Assembly (NCBI GenBank): GCA_902495245.1
Contig: CABUWI010000006.1
Span: 70,444 to 134,443, forward strand
From: an uncultured Porphyromonadaceae bacterium
Lineage (GTDB): Bacteria; Bacteroidota; Bacteroidia; Bacteroidales; Muribaculaceae
Reading direction: 5' to 3'
Length of the DNA: 64,000 nucleotides
Shown here piece after piece: positions 21,120 through 28,472 of the stretch (within the stretch, counting starts at the first letter, position 1; each line of letters opens with the position of its first letter). Made by a program: the position numbers and the translations under genes. Below the pieces are notes generated by a model. It saw only the letters and a list, made by a program, of their open reading frames with translations. It made no database searches and was not told where the DNA came from.

Positions 21120-22172
21120 TCATAACGTTATGACGGCCGACCCGTGGCAAATGCGGTGCTCGCGGTCATAAATCACGGCAAACTGTCCGGGCGCTATGCC
21201 CTGAACTTTCTGCTGCGAGTCAATCCGGTAGCGCCCGTCGGGCAGACGGGTCAGGGTGCCGGGAATGAATTCGGGCATATGTCGGTTTTTGAACGTTATT
21301 TCGGTCAGCCCGGGGTCGCGCGTAATCCAGTGCATCTCGTCGAGCATGATTTCGCGCCCATACTGTTTCTCCGTGTCATAGCCGCGGCTCACGTAGATTA
21401 CGTTATCGTCTATATTCTTGCGCACCACGTACCACGGGCCGCCGCTCAGGCCCAGGCCCTTGCGCTGGCCGATGGTGTGGAACCAGAAACCGCGGTGCTC
21501 GCCGAGCTTGCGACCCGTTTCCAGCTCGACTATCGGCCCGGGGCGCTCGCCCAGGTGGCGGCGAATGAAGTCGTTATAGTTTATGTTGCCCAGAAAGCAG
21601 ATGCCCTGACTGTCGCGGCGCAACGCGTTGGGCAGGTTCAGCTCCACGGCCAGCTCGCGCACGCGGCTCTTCGGCATGTCGCCTATCGGAAACATGGCGT
21701 GGCTGAGCTGCGCATAGGTGATGCGCGCCAGGAAGTCGGTCTGGTCTTTCACCGGGTCGGGCGCCGTGCCGAGATAGGTCAGGCCGTCAGGGCCGACAAG
21801 GGTCGTGGCATAATGGCCCGTAGCGGTCTTGTCGAATTCGTGGCCCCAGCGTTCGTCGAAATATCCGAACTTGATTACGCGGTTACACATGATGTCGGGG
21901 TTCGGCGTCAGGCCGCGGCTCACGGTGTCGAGCGCGTAGGCCATGACGTTGTCCCAATATTCCTCATGAAGCGAAACAACGTCAAAAGGCAACCCGTAGC
22001 GCGAGGCTATGACCTGACACATCTCTATGTCCTCTTCGGCCGAGCAATCGCCCTCGCCGTTGTCCAGACCAATGCGAATGTAAAAAAGGTGCACGTCGTG
22101 GCCCTGCTCAACCAGGCGGTGAACGGCCACGGCGCTGTCAACGCCTCCCGAAATCAGTGCTGCTATCTTCAT
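21120..22172 (-). CDS. mnmA: tRNA 2-thiouridine(34) synthase MnmA
   Basis: It has the PP-loop ([16 protein letters not shown]), catalytic Cys contexts ([17 protein letters not shown]), and the QRKGLGL motif. I place the start at the ATG at 22172 (MKIAAL), an ATGA overlap with the upstream gene, rather than the longer track ORF starting at 22241. Confidence 0.92.
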   Translation of the reverse strand: MKIAALISGGVDSAVAVHRLVEQGHDVHLFYIRIGLDNGEGDCSAEEDIEMCQVIASRYGLPFDVVSLHEEYWDNVMAYALDTVSRGLTPNPDIMCNRVIKFGYFDERWGHEFDKTATGHYATTLVGPDGLTYLGTAPDPVKDQTDFLARITYAQLSHAMFPIGDMPKSRVRELAVELNLPNALRRDSQGICFLGNINYNDFIRRHLGERPGPIVELETGRKLGEHRGFWFHTIGQRKGLGLSGGPWYVVRKNIDDNVIYVSRGYDTEKQYGREIMLDEMHWITRDPGLTEITFKNRHMPEFIPGTLTRLPDGRYRIDSQQKVQGIAPGQFAVIYDREHRICHGSAVITL

Positions 22173-23080
22173 TTGCTGCTGTTCTTTAATGCCCTGACAA
22201 GGTTTTCGCAATTGACAATCAAAGTAGACAGCGGCATCCACTCGCTGACCACGGTCATCGTCGGGTCCATCATGTAGACCGACGGGCTCACCCTCAGGTC
22301 AAACCGGCTTTCGGCATCGGCCAGGCGGCCGACGCTCCACTGCGCGGGCAGATTCTCGACCGACTTCCACCAGCCCTCATCGTCTTCGGCGGCGGCAAGC
22401 ACGAGTATAGGCTTGAGCAGACCGGCCTCTATCAGCTCGTTGGCGGCGCTGTTTGCCGTGAAGCGCACGCGCTCGAACCGCCCGTCGATGTCCGAGGGGC
22501 GCTCGATTATCAACACGTATGACTGCGCGCCGGCCGTGGTGTCGTTCAGCGCAAAGCGGCTGCCGTCGCGCCTCACGGCCTCGATGGCGGGCAAAACCGA
22601 GCCGGCAGTCGACGATTCCATCACCTGCACCTGGCGCGCATAGCGCTCGCGCAGACCGGCCGGAAACTTCTTATAGACGGCCGCCGCGCGGGCAAAGGGC
22701 AGATAAACCTCGGCCGAGAAGAGCAACGCCGTGTCCGAGCGGAACGTAGCCTCGGCCATCTGCATCAGCTTCTCGAAATTGGCCGGCTTTTTCGATGATT
22801 CCTTGATCAGCTTCTCTACCGACGCACGCACCGTGTCAGGCGCGGCCAGAGGCAGAAACGACGCGAAGTCGCGCAGCGACTGCTCCATACGTGCCGGAGC
22901 CGTGTAGGCCGTTTTCCACGCCACGCGGTCCCAGAAATGCTCAACCATATAGTTGGCGCGAGGACGCCCGATGGCAAGGCTCTCGGGCGGAGTCGGATAA
23001 GGGAAATAAGTCGCCGCAGACTGTGCCGACGCCATGGTCAGCGACATCAGTGTGATTATGAGGAAGATATATCGTTTCAT
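22169..23080 (-). CDS. DUF5106-like / thioredoxin-fold lipoprotein-type secreted protein
   Basis: 303 aa with a signal peptide. The N-terminal [26 protein letters not shown] pattern matches what I remember of DUF5106. The C-terminal half looks TlpA/thioredoxin-like but has no CxxC motif. Confidence 0.55.
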   Translation of the reverse strand: MKRYIFLIITLMSLTMASAQSAATYFPYPTPPESLAIGRPRANYMVEHFWDRVAWKTAYTAPARMEQSLRDFASFLPLAAPDTVRASVEKLIKESSKKPANFEKLMQMAEATFRSDTALLFSAEVYLPFARAAAVYKKFPAGLRERYARQVQVMESSTAGSVLPAIEAVRRDGSRFALNDTTAGAQSYVLIIERPSDIDGRFERVRFTANSAANELIEAGLLKPILVLAAAEDDEGWWKSVENLPAQWSVGRLADAESRFDLRVSPSVYMMDPTMTVVSEWMPLSTLIVNCENLVRALKNSSK

Positions 23081-23103
23081 TAGAATTTACACTTTTCAAC
23101 CTA

Positions 23104-23111
23104 CAAAGTTA
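23104..23111 (-). promoter_or_regulatory. -7 box TAACTTTG upstream of the DUF5106-mnmA... minus-strand block
   Basis: The reverse complement of caaagtta is TAACTTTG. It lies 24 nt upstream of the ATG at 23080. Confidence 0.55.
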
Positions 23112-23174
23112 CAACAAATTCCCCGTCCAAAAAATTCAAATTTCCCAAAAAATCCTAAAAATTCATTTTTCTCA

Positions 23175-23228
23175 GACCTTAAGGTTCTTAAAGTCCTTAA
23201 TGACCTTAATGACCTTAAACTCCTAAAA
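23175..23228. repeat. 6 x 9-nt degenerate tandem repeat (gaccttaat-like)
   Basis: The units are gaccttaag, gttcttaaa, gtccttaat, gaccttaat, gaccttaaa and ctcctaaaa. The tract lies in the AT-rich divergent promoter region. Confidence 0.8.
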
Positions 23229-23270
23229 ATAAAATTTCTCCAAAAATTTTCAATTCTTAATTTTTTTTCC

Positions 23271-23278
23271 TAACTTTG
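23271..23278 (+). promoter_or_regulatory. -7 box TAACTTTG for tRNA-Thr
   Basis: An exact TAnnTTTG match lies 23 nt upstream of the mature tRNA 5' end. It is preceded by the ttcttaa-ttttttt tract that is also seen upstream of tRNA-Arg. Confidence 0.6.
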
Positions 23279-23301
23279 CACCCGATTTAAGACAAACCGA
23301 T

Positions 23302-23374
23302 GCCACAATAGCTCAGTCGGTAGAGCATTTCATTCGTAACGAAAAGGTCCGGGGTTCGAGCCCCCGTTGTGGCT
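23302..23374 (+). tRNA. tRNA-Thr (anticodon CGT)
   Basis: I folded the cloverleaf by hand. The acceptor stem is GCCACAA/TTGTGGC, the D arm is GCTC-AGTCGGTA-GAGC, the anticodon arm has loop TTCGTAA (anticodon CGT), and the T arm is CGGGG-TTCGAGC-CCCCG with discriminator T. Length is 73 nt with no encoded CCA. Confidence 0.9.
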
Positions 23375-23380
23375 CCCGAA

Positions 23381-23419
23381 GCGGTCGGCATCGAAAGATG
23401 ACGGCCGCTGACGTTTTTT
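23381..23419 (+). terminator. possible hairpin + T-run after tRNA-Thr (weak or attenuating)
   Basis: The stem is gcggtcg (23381-87) paired with cggccgc (23402-08), with one G-U pair and a 14-nt loop. TTTTTT follows at 23414-19. The ispD ATG comes only 5 nt later, so read-through is likely required. Confidence 0.3.
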
Positions 23420-23423
23420 GATT

Positions 23424-24071
23424 ATGAAGTATATCAACATCATAGCTGCCGGAGGCCGCGGTTCGCGCTTCGGCTCGCAGACGCCGAAACAGTTTCTGAA
23501 CCTTGGCGGCAAGCCGGTGCTTCACCATGCGGCCGACCGCCTGGCCCGGGCGCTGCCGGGCGCACTGACAGTGGTGGTCATCGACCCTGCCTGGGTCGAT
23601 ATGGCGCCCGCCGGCGCGATTCTTGCCGCGCCGGGGCGCTCGCGCTGGGAGTCGGTCAGGAACGCGCTCGACGCGTGCAGCGCCGAGCCGGCCGACGTGA
23701 TTCTGGTTCACGACGGCGCCAGGCCTCTGCCCGACGTCGCGATGATTCGCCGCGTGGCCGACGCTTGCCGTGAGCATCAGGGCGCAATTCCCGTCGTGCC
23801 CGTAACCGACTCGCTGCGCCGCGTCGACGGCACGCCGGCCGACCGCTCGCAGTTTCGCGCCGTGCAGACCCCGCAGGCATTCCGCGCCGACCTGCTGCGC
23901 CGAGCCTACGCCCTGCCCGAACGGAGCGACTTCACCGATGACGCATCGGTCATGTCGGCCGCCGGATTCACCGACATCGTCCTCGTCGACGGCGACCCGC
24001 GCAACTTGAAAATCACCCTGCCGTTCGACCTGAAAATTGCCGAACTCTATCTCGATGGAGCTGACAACTGA
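23424..24071 (+). CDS. ispD: 2-C-methyl-D-erythritol 4-phosphate cytidylyltransferase
   Basis: The N-terminus IIAAGGRGSRFGSQTPKQFL is the IspD signature, and VLVHDGARP and VPVTDSL are conserved blocks. I use the ATG at 23424; the track ORF starts at a TTG at 23418. Confidence 0.9.
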   Translation: MKYINIIAAGGRGSRFGSQTPKQFLNLGGKPVLHHAADRLARALPGALTVVVIDPAWVDMAPAGAILAAPGRSRWESVRNALDACSAEPADVILVHDGARPLPDVAMIRRVADACREHQGAIPVVPVTDSLRRVDGTPADRSQFRAVQTPQAFRADLLRRAYALPERSDFTDDASVMSAAGFTDIVLVDGDPRNLKITLPFDLKIAELYLDGADN

Positions 24072-26136
24072 CATAATGTACCTCAAGGGCATCGGCCCGA
24101 ACCGCGCGGCGCTGCTGCGCAAGGAGCTGAACATAGCCAACGTGGGCGACCTGCTGGCCCATTACCCCACTTCCTATCTCGACCGCTCGCAGATTTACAA
24201 GATTGCCGACCTGCGCGGAGCCGAGCTGCCCATGGTGCAGCTGCGCGGACGCTTTGTAAGCGCGTCGCTTCAGGGCGAGGGCGCGCGCACGCGCCTCGTC
24301 GCCGTGTTCACCGACGGCACGGGCGTGGTCGAAGTCGTGTGGTTCCGTCAGGCCAAGTCGATTCAGAAGTCGCTCAACCCCGACGCGACCTACGTGCTCT
24401 TCGGCAAGCCCTCGGAATATAATCACCACTGGCAACTCGTCCACCCCGAGCTTGACACGGAGGCCTCGGCAGAGAAGCATACCGGCCTGCGCGGCGTCTA
24501 TCCGCTCACCGAGGGGCTGCGCTCAAAGGGCGTAACCTCGCGCCAGATGCACACATGGGCCGTTACCGCCCTCGACGCCCGGCCGCCCGTCGCCGAAACG
24601 CTGCCCGACGAAATCGTGAGCAGTCTGAGGCTCATGAGCCGCGCCGAGGCCCTGCGCGCGATTCATCGCCCCGCCAACATGATTGAGCTCGAAAAGGCGC
24701 GCTATCGCCTCAAGTTCGAAGAACTGTTTTTCCTGGAGCTGAACATTCTGCGATACGGCCGCAACCGCAAGGCTGCGCTCAAGGGCCACAGTTTCAGCCG
24801 CGTGGGCGACTTTTTCAACCGCTTCTACAGCGAGTGCCTCCCCTTCGAGCTCACGGGCGCGCAGAAGCGCGTAATCAAGGAGATTCGCGGCGACATGAAC
24901 ACCGGACGCCAGATGAACCGCCTGCTGCAGGGCGACGTCGGCTCGGGCAAGACGCTCGTGGCGCTGCTCACCATGCTCATCGCCCTCGACAACGGCTGCC
25001 AGGCCTGCATGATGGCGCCGACCGAGATTTTGGCCACTCAGCATTTCGAGACCCTGTCGGCCATGGCAGGACAGATTGGCGTGAATATCCGCCTGCTCAC
25101 GGGCTCCACCCCCCGCCGCGAGCGCGAGGAGATTCACCGTCAGCTGCTCGACGGCTCGCTCCACATTCTCATCGGCACTCACGCCGTGATTGAAGACGCC
25201 GTGCAGTTCGCCAGACTGGGCTACGTGGTCATCGACGAGCAACACCGCTTCGGCGTAGCTCAGCGCGCCCGCCTGTGGCAAAAGGCCGAGGTGGCGCCCC
25301 ACGTGCTCGTCATGACCGCCACGCCGATTCCGCGCACGCTGGCCATGACCGTCTACGGCGACCTCGACGTCAGCATTATCGACGAGCTGCCCCCGGGCCG
25401 AAAGCCGATAACCACCCTGCTGCGCTACGACCGGGGGCGCCAGGGCGTCTACGACGGCCTACACCGCCAGCTCCTGGCCGGGCGCCAGGCCTACATCGTC
25501 TACCCGCTCATCGACGAGAACGAAAAATTAGACCTCAAATCGCTCGAAAACGGCTACGACTTCATTGCTCACCTGTTCAAGGACTTCAAGGTGGCCATGG
25601 TCCACGGCCGCATGAAGCCCGCCGACAAAGACCTGCAGATGAACCGTTTCGCCTCTGGCGAGGCGCAGATTCTCGTGGCCACCACGGTAATCGAGGTCGG
25701 CGTCAACGTGCCCAACGCCACGGTGATGATTATAGAAAACGCCGAACGCTTCGGCCTGAGCCAGCTCCATCAGCTGCGCGGCCGCGTGGGTCGCGGCGGC
25801 GAACGCAGCTACTGCATCTTGATGACCAAAGAGAACATAGGGCGCGACACGCGCCGACGACTCGAAATCATGACCGCCACCACCAACGGCTTCATCATTG
25901 CCGAAGAAGACATGAAACTGCGCGGCCCCGGCGACATCGAAGGCACCATGCAGAGCGGCCTGCCCATCGACCTGAAAATGGCCTCGCTGGTCAGCGATAC
26001 CCCCATTCTCGAACAGGCCCGTAAGGCCGCCGACGCCCTACTCACCGCCGACCCCGGCCTCGCCGCCCATCCGCGCGTTCGCATGCTGCTTTCGCAGCTC
26101 TTCGACCGCACCATGGACTGGGCACGCATCTCCTGA
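24055..26136 (+). CDS. recG: ATP-dependent DNA helicase RecG
   Basis: It has a wedge/OB N-terminus and SF2 motifs (QGDVGSGKT, VIDEQHRFGV, TATPIPRTL, QLRGRVGRG). The ATG at 24055 overlaps the ispD end by 17 nt; the track lists a TTG at 24037. Confidence 0.93.
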   Translation: MELTTDIMYLKGIGPNRAALLRKELNIANVGDLLAHYPTSYLDRSQIYKIADLRGAELPMVQLRGRFVSASLQGEGARTRLVAVFTDGTGVVEVVWFRQAKSIQKSLNPDATYVLFGKPSEYNHHWQLVHPELDTEASAEKHTGLRGVYPLTEGLRSKGVTSRQMHTWAVTALDARPPVAETLPDEIVSSLRLMSRAEALRAIHRPANMIELEKARYRLKFEELFFLELNILRYGRNRKAALKGHSFSRVGDFFNRFYSECLPFELTGAQKRVIKEIRGDMNTGRQMNRLLQGDVGSGKTLVALLTMLIALDNGCQACMMAPTEILATQHFETLSAMAGQIGVNIRLLTGSTPRREREEIHRQLLDGSLHILIGTHAVIEDAVQFARLGYVVIDEQHRFGVAQRARLWQKAEVAPHVLVMTATPIPRTLAMTVYGDLDVSIIDELPPGRKPITTLLRYDRGRQGVYDGLHRQLLAGRQAYIVYPLIDENEKLDLKSLENGYDFIAHLFKDFKVAMVHGRMKPADKDLQMNRFASGEAQILVATTVIEVGVNVPNATVMIIENAERFGLSQLHQLRGRVGRGGERSYCILMTKENIGRDTRRRLEIMTATTNGFIIAEEDMKLRGPGDIEGTMQSGLPIDLKMASLVSDTPILEQARKAADALLTADPGLAAHPRVRMLLSQLFDRTMDWARIS

Positions 26137-26151
26137 CGCGCCACCCAAAAA

Positions 26152-26193
26152 TTCTTAATTCTTAATTTTTAATTCCAAATTTTTAATTTTTTT
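26152..26193. repeat. 6 x 7-nt A/T-rich tandem tract (ttcttaa-like) upstream of the tRNA-Arg promoter
   Basis: The units are ttcttaa, ttcttaa, tttttaa, ttccaaa, tttttaa and ttttttt. Confidence 0.7.
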
Positions 26194-26195
26194 CG

Positions 26196-26203
26196 TAACT
26201 TTG
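26196..26203 (+). promoter_or_regulatory. -7 box TAACTTTG for tRNA-Arg
   Basis: An exact TAnnTTTG match lies 18 nt upstream of the tRNA 5' end. Confidence 0.6.
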
Positions 26204-26221
26204 CGGTCGAAAATACCGACT

Positions 26222-26296
26222 GCCTCCGTAGTTTAATGGATAAAATAGAAGATTCCGGTTCTTCAGTTTAGGGTTCGATTCCCTACGGGGGTACCA
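26222..26296 (+). tRNA. tRNA-Arg (anticodon CCG), CCA encoded
   Basis: I folded it by hand. The acceptor stem is GCCTCCG/CGGGGGT with two G-U pairs, the anticodon stem is GAAGA/TCTTC with loop TTCCGGT (anticodon CCG), and the T arm is TAGGG-TTCGATT-CCCTA. The discriminator is A26293, followed by CCA at 26294-26296. Confidence 0.88.
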
Positions 26297-26340
26297 CCGC
26301 ATCTAATAATCAACAGATTATCTGATTTGCGCACACATTT

Positions 26341-26370
26341 ACGCACAGAATTTTGGTTCTGTGCGTTTTT
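26341..26370 (+). terminator. intrinsic terminator after tRNA-Arg
   Basis: A 10-bp stem pairs acgcacagaa (26341-50) with ttctgtgcgt (26357-66). The loop is ttttgg and the stem runs into TTTTT (26366-70). Confidence 0.75.
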
Positions 26371-26375
26371 GTATG

Positions 26376-26615
26376 TCATTCAAAAAGAATACGAAAAAAG
26401 TCTTCTTTTGTCATGCCGAGATTACGAAGTGTGTTTCTGACAATAAATTCCGGCACCGGGTCGATATGAGTCTGCACGATTATCGGTCGCAACAATCCGG
26501 GTTTGGTCCACTTTTCGTGTCCGCCCTTTATGCTCTCGGACTTACAACCGGCCTTGGACAGAAAATCGCGAAAGTCTCTTAAAGAAACGTTCGATAATTT
26601 TTGTGCGGCAGCCAT
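26376..26615 (-). CDS. hicA: HicA-like toxin (YcfA/HicA mRNA interferase family)
   Basis: 79 aa. The pattern FRDFLSKAGCKSESIKGGHEKWTKPG...PIIVQTH resembles the HicA dsRBD-like fold with the G(S/G)H motif. Its start overlaps the upstream gene's stop (TGATG). Confidence 0.7.
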   Translation of the reverse strand: MAAAQKLSNVSLRDFRDFLSKAGCKSESIKGGHEKWTKPGLLRPIIVQTHIDPVPEFIVRNTLRNLGMTKEDFFRILFE

Positions 26616-26986
26616 CAGGCAATATCGGGAAAAGGTTCTGCAACTTTGCGATACTCTTTGTGCTCAAGAATATCCTTAAAAACATCATTGCTTCTAAGCA
26701 TCACGTCAAACGATGGAGCAGACATTTTACGCTGCTTGAGTGAGCGGACTTTCCATCCATGGGCGCGAAGGTCTTTAACCAAAGTCCGGCGGGAGAGGCC
26801 ATATGAAATATACTCGTCCATCACGATTGAGAACGACTGCTTGGCCTCATCTTCCGAATAGCCATAACCGCTCAGGTCAAGCGCAGGACTATAGGCAATA
26901 TATGAGTCGCCGTCCATGAAGACATAGACATCTAACGTTACGGATAAACTGCCGTTTCGGTTGACTATTTTATTAGGGCTTTCCAT
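26615..26986 (-). CDS. hicB: HicB-like antitoxin (UPF0150 fold)
   Basis: 123 aa. The N-terminal half DGDSYIAYSPALDLSGYGYSEDEAKQSFSIVMDEYI fits the HicB beta-alpha pattern (partner-strand + GxG.(T/S).EEA). It is translationally coupled to the HicA-like gene. Confidence 0.6.
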   Translation of the reverse strand: MESPNKIVNRNGSLSVTLDVYVFMDGDSYIAYSPALDLSGYGYSEDEAKQSFSIVMDEYISYGLSRRTLVKDLRAHGWKVRSLKQRKMSAPSFDVMLRSNDVFKDILEHKEYRKVAEPFPDIA

Positions 26987-27057
26987 GTTGCATCTATTGA
27001 AGTTTGCGGTTGCGACATTGCGAAGTTAGCAATTTTTTATCAGAATGCCAAATGTTG

Positions 27058-27103
27058 CGAAAAAGCGAGAGGCCGTCGCGCCATGCGGCGCGGCAGCCTC
27101 TCG
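27058..27103 (-). terminator. intrinsic terminator of pgk
   Basis: On the minus strand a GC-rich hairpin pairs cgagaggc (27066-73) with gcctctcg (27096-27103), with additional inner gcgcc/ggcgc pairing. It is followed on that strand by CTTTTT (27065-27060). It lies 23 nt downstream of the pgk stop. Confidence 0.75.
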
Positions 27104-27125
27104 GGTTATAGGTTCAAAGTGAGGA

Positions 27126-28373
27126 TTAGTCCTTGACTGCGGCGATGCCGGGGAGGATTTTGCCCTCGATTGCTTCGAGCAGGGCGCCGCCACCGGTCGA
27201 CACGTAGCTGACTTCGTCGGCCAGACCGAACTTGTTGACGCAGGCAACGGAGTCGCCGCCACCGACGAGCGAGAAGGCGCCGTCTTTGGTGGCCTTGACA
27301 ATGGCGTCGGCAATTGCACGCGAGCCGGCGGTGAAGTTCTCGAACTCAAACACGCCTGCAGGGCCGTTCCACAGAATGGTCTTGGCGGGCAGAATGGCGG
27401 CTTCGAAGGCCTTGCGGCTCTCGGGACCGGCGTCCATGCCTTCCCAGCCGTCGGGCACGTCCATTACGGAGCAGATCTGAGTGTGGGCGTCATTGCTGAA
27501 GGCGTCGCCGGCAACGCAGTCGGTGCCGAGCACGAGGTTCACACCCTTATCCTTGGCTTTCTTCATGATGTCGAGAGCCAGGTCGAGCTTGTCGTTCTCG
27601 CAGATGCTGTCGCCGATCTTGCCGCCCATGGCCTTGGCGAAGGTGTAGGTCATGCCGCCGCAGAGAATCAGGTTGTCAACCTTGTCCATCAGGTTCTCGA
27701 TGATGCCGATTTTGGTCGACACTTTCGAGCCGCCCATGATGGCGGTGAAGGGGCGCTTGATGTTGCTGAGAATGTTGTCAACGGCCTGCACTTCCTTCTC
27801 CATCAGGTAGCCGAGCATCTTGTCTTCGGGCTTGAAGTAGTCGGCGATGACGGCGGTCGAGGCGTGCTTGCGGTGAGCCGTGCCGAAGGCGTCGTTCACG
27901 TAAACATCGGCATAGCTTGCCAGCTTCTTGGCGAATTCTTTCTGAGCCACCTTCATGGCCTTCTTGGCTTCGTCATATGCGGGGTCTTCCTTGTCGATGC
28001 CTACGGGCTTGCCCTCTTCTTCGGGATAGAAGCGGAGGTTTTCGAGCAGCAGCACCTGGCCGGGCTTCAGCGCGGCGGCCATGTCGTCGGCCTTGGCGCA
28101 GTCGGGGGCGAACTCTACGGGAGCGCCCAGTGCGGTCGAAACCACGTCTTTAATCTGGCCCAGCGAGAGCTTGGGGTTAACCTTGCCTTTGGGTTTGCCC
28201 ATGTGGCTCATGACGATGAGCGAGCCGCCGTCGGCGAGGATTTTCTTGAGGGTGGGCAGGGCACCGCGAATGCGGGTGTCGTCGGTAACATGGCCGTTCT
28301 CATCGAGAGGCACATTGAAGTCAACGCGGACAATCGCCTTCTTGCCGGCGAAATTGTAATTGTCGATTTTCAT
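27126..28373 (-). CDS. pgk: phosphoglycerate kinase
   Basis: 415 aa. It has the N-terminal RVDFNVPL motif, [18 protein letters not shown], and the C-terminal STGGGALLE motif. Confidence 0.96.
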   Translation of the reverse strand: MKIDNYNFAGKKAIVRVDFNVPLDENGHVTDDTRIRGALPTLKKILADGGSLIVMSHMGKPKGKVNPKLSLGQIKDVVSTALGAPVEFAPDCAKADDMAAALKPGQVLLLENLRFYPEEEGKPVGIDKEDPAYDEAKKAMKVAQKEFAKKLASYADVYVNDAFGTAHRKHASTAVIADYFKPEDKMLGYLMEKEVQAVDNILSNIKRPFTAIMGGSKVSTKIGIIENLMDKVDNLILCGGMTYTFAKAMGGKIGDSICENDKLDLALDIMKKAKDKGVNLVLGTDCVAGDAFSNDAHTQICSVMDVPDGWEGMDAGPESRKAFEAAILPAKTILWNGPAGVFEFENFTAGSRAIADAIVKATKDGAFSLVGGGDSVACVNKFGLADEVSYVSTGGGALLEAIEGKILPGIAAVKD

Positions 28374-28416
28374 TTGGTTACGTATAATTTTTATGTGTTA
28401 CTTTGGTTCGCAGGCG

Positions 28417-28424
28417 CAAATTTA
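28417..28424 (-). promoter_or_regulatory. -7 box TAAATTTG for pgk
   Basis: The reverse complement of caaattta is TAAATTTG. It lies 44 nt upstream of the pgk ATG. Confidence 0.5.
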
Positions 28425-28437
28425 CTAATAATTTTCG

Positions 28438-28445
28438 TAACTTTG
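28438..28445 (+). promoter_or_regulatory. -7 box TAACTTTG for the GH84 gene
   Basis: An exact match lies 27 nt upstream of the ATG at 28473. It is back-to-back with the pgk box, 13 nt away. Confidence 0.55.
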
Positions 28446-28472
28446 CAGAAAGTGAACAATGAAAAATAGCTA

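Noticed and set aside
23175-23228. I considered whether the short tandem tracts or the GGACGCAC hairpins could be a CRISPR array.
   Set aside because: The units are 7-11 nt and directly abutting, with no spacers. The hairpin copies are 45 nt to 47 kb apart, with no regular repeat-spacer periodicity and no cas genes. This is not CRISPR.
23034-23273. 79-aa plus-strand ORF and 275-aa minus-strand ORF (23313-24140) around the tRNA-Thr region.
   Set aside because: The first is a translation of the AT-rich 9-nt repeat and promoter region (LKVLNDLNDLKLLK...). The second runs antisense through tRNA-Thr and ispD. Neither is plausible as a gene.
26361-26861. Plus-strand ORFs of 73 aa (26361-26582) and 86 aa (26601-26861), antisense to the HicA/HicB-like genes.
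   Set aside because: They have no recognisable features, and the minus-strand pair has a coupled start/stop and family-like motifs.
26297-27125. Possible integrated mobile element or prophage remnant at tRNA-Arg. I looked for an integrase, for direct repeats of the tRNA 3' end, and noted the 7-nt gcatcta at 26299 and 26990.
   Set aside because: No integrase or recombinase ORF is present, and no duplicate of the tRNA 3' end is visible. The 7-nt match is too short to be meaningful and lies inside the presumed hicB leader. Only the compositional anomaly and the TA pair are retained as a finding.
27026-27349. 107-aa minus-strand ORF overlapping the pgk 3' end and terminator.
   Set aside because: It is an out-of-frame overlap with the highly conserved pgk gene and reads through the terminator hairpin. 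Its Pro/Ser/Ala-rich composition is typical of GC-rich off-frame translation.
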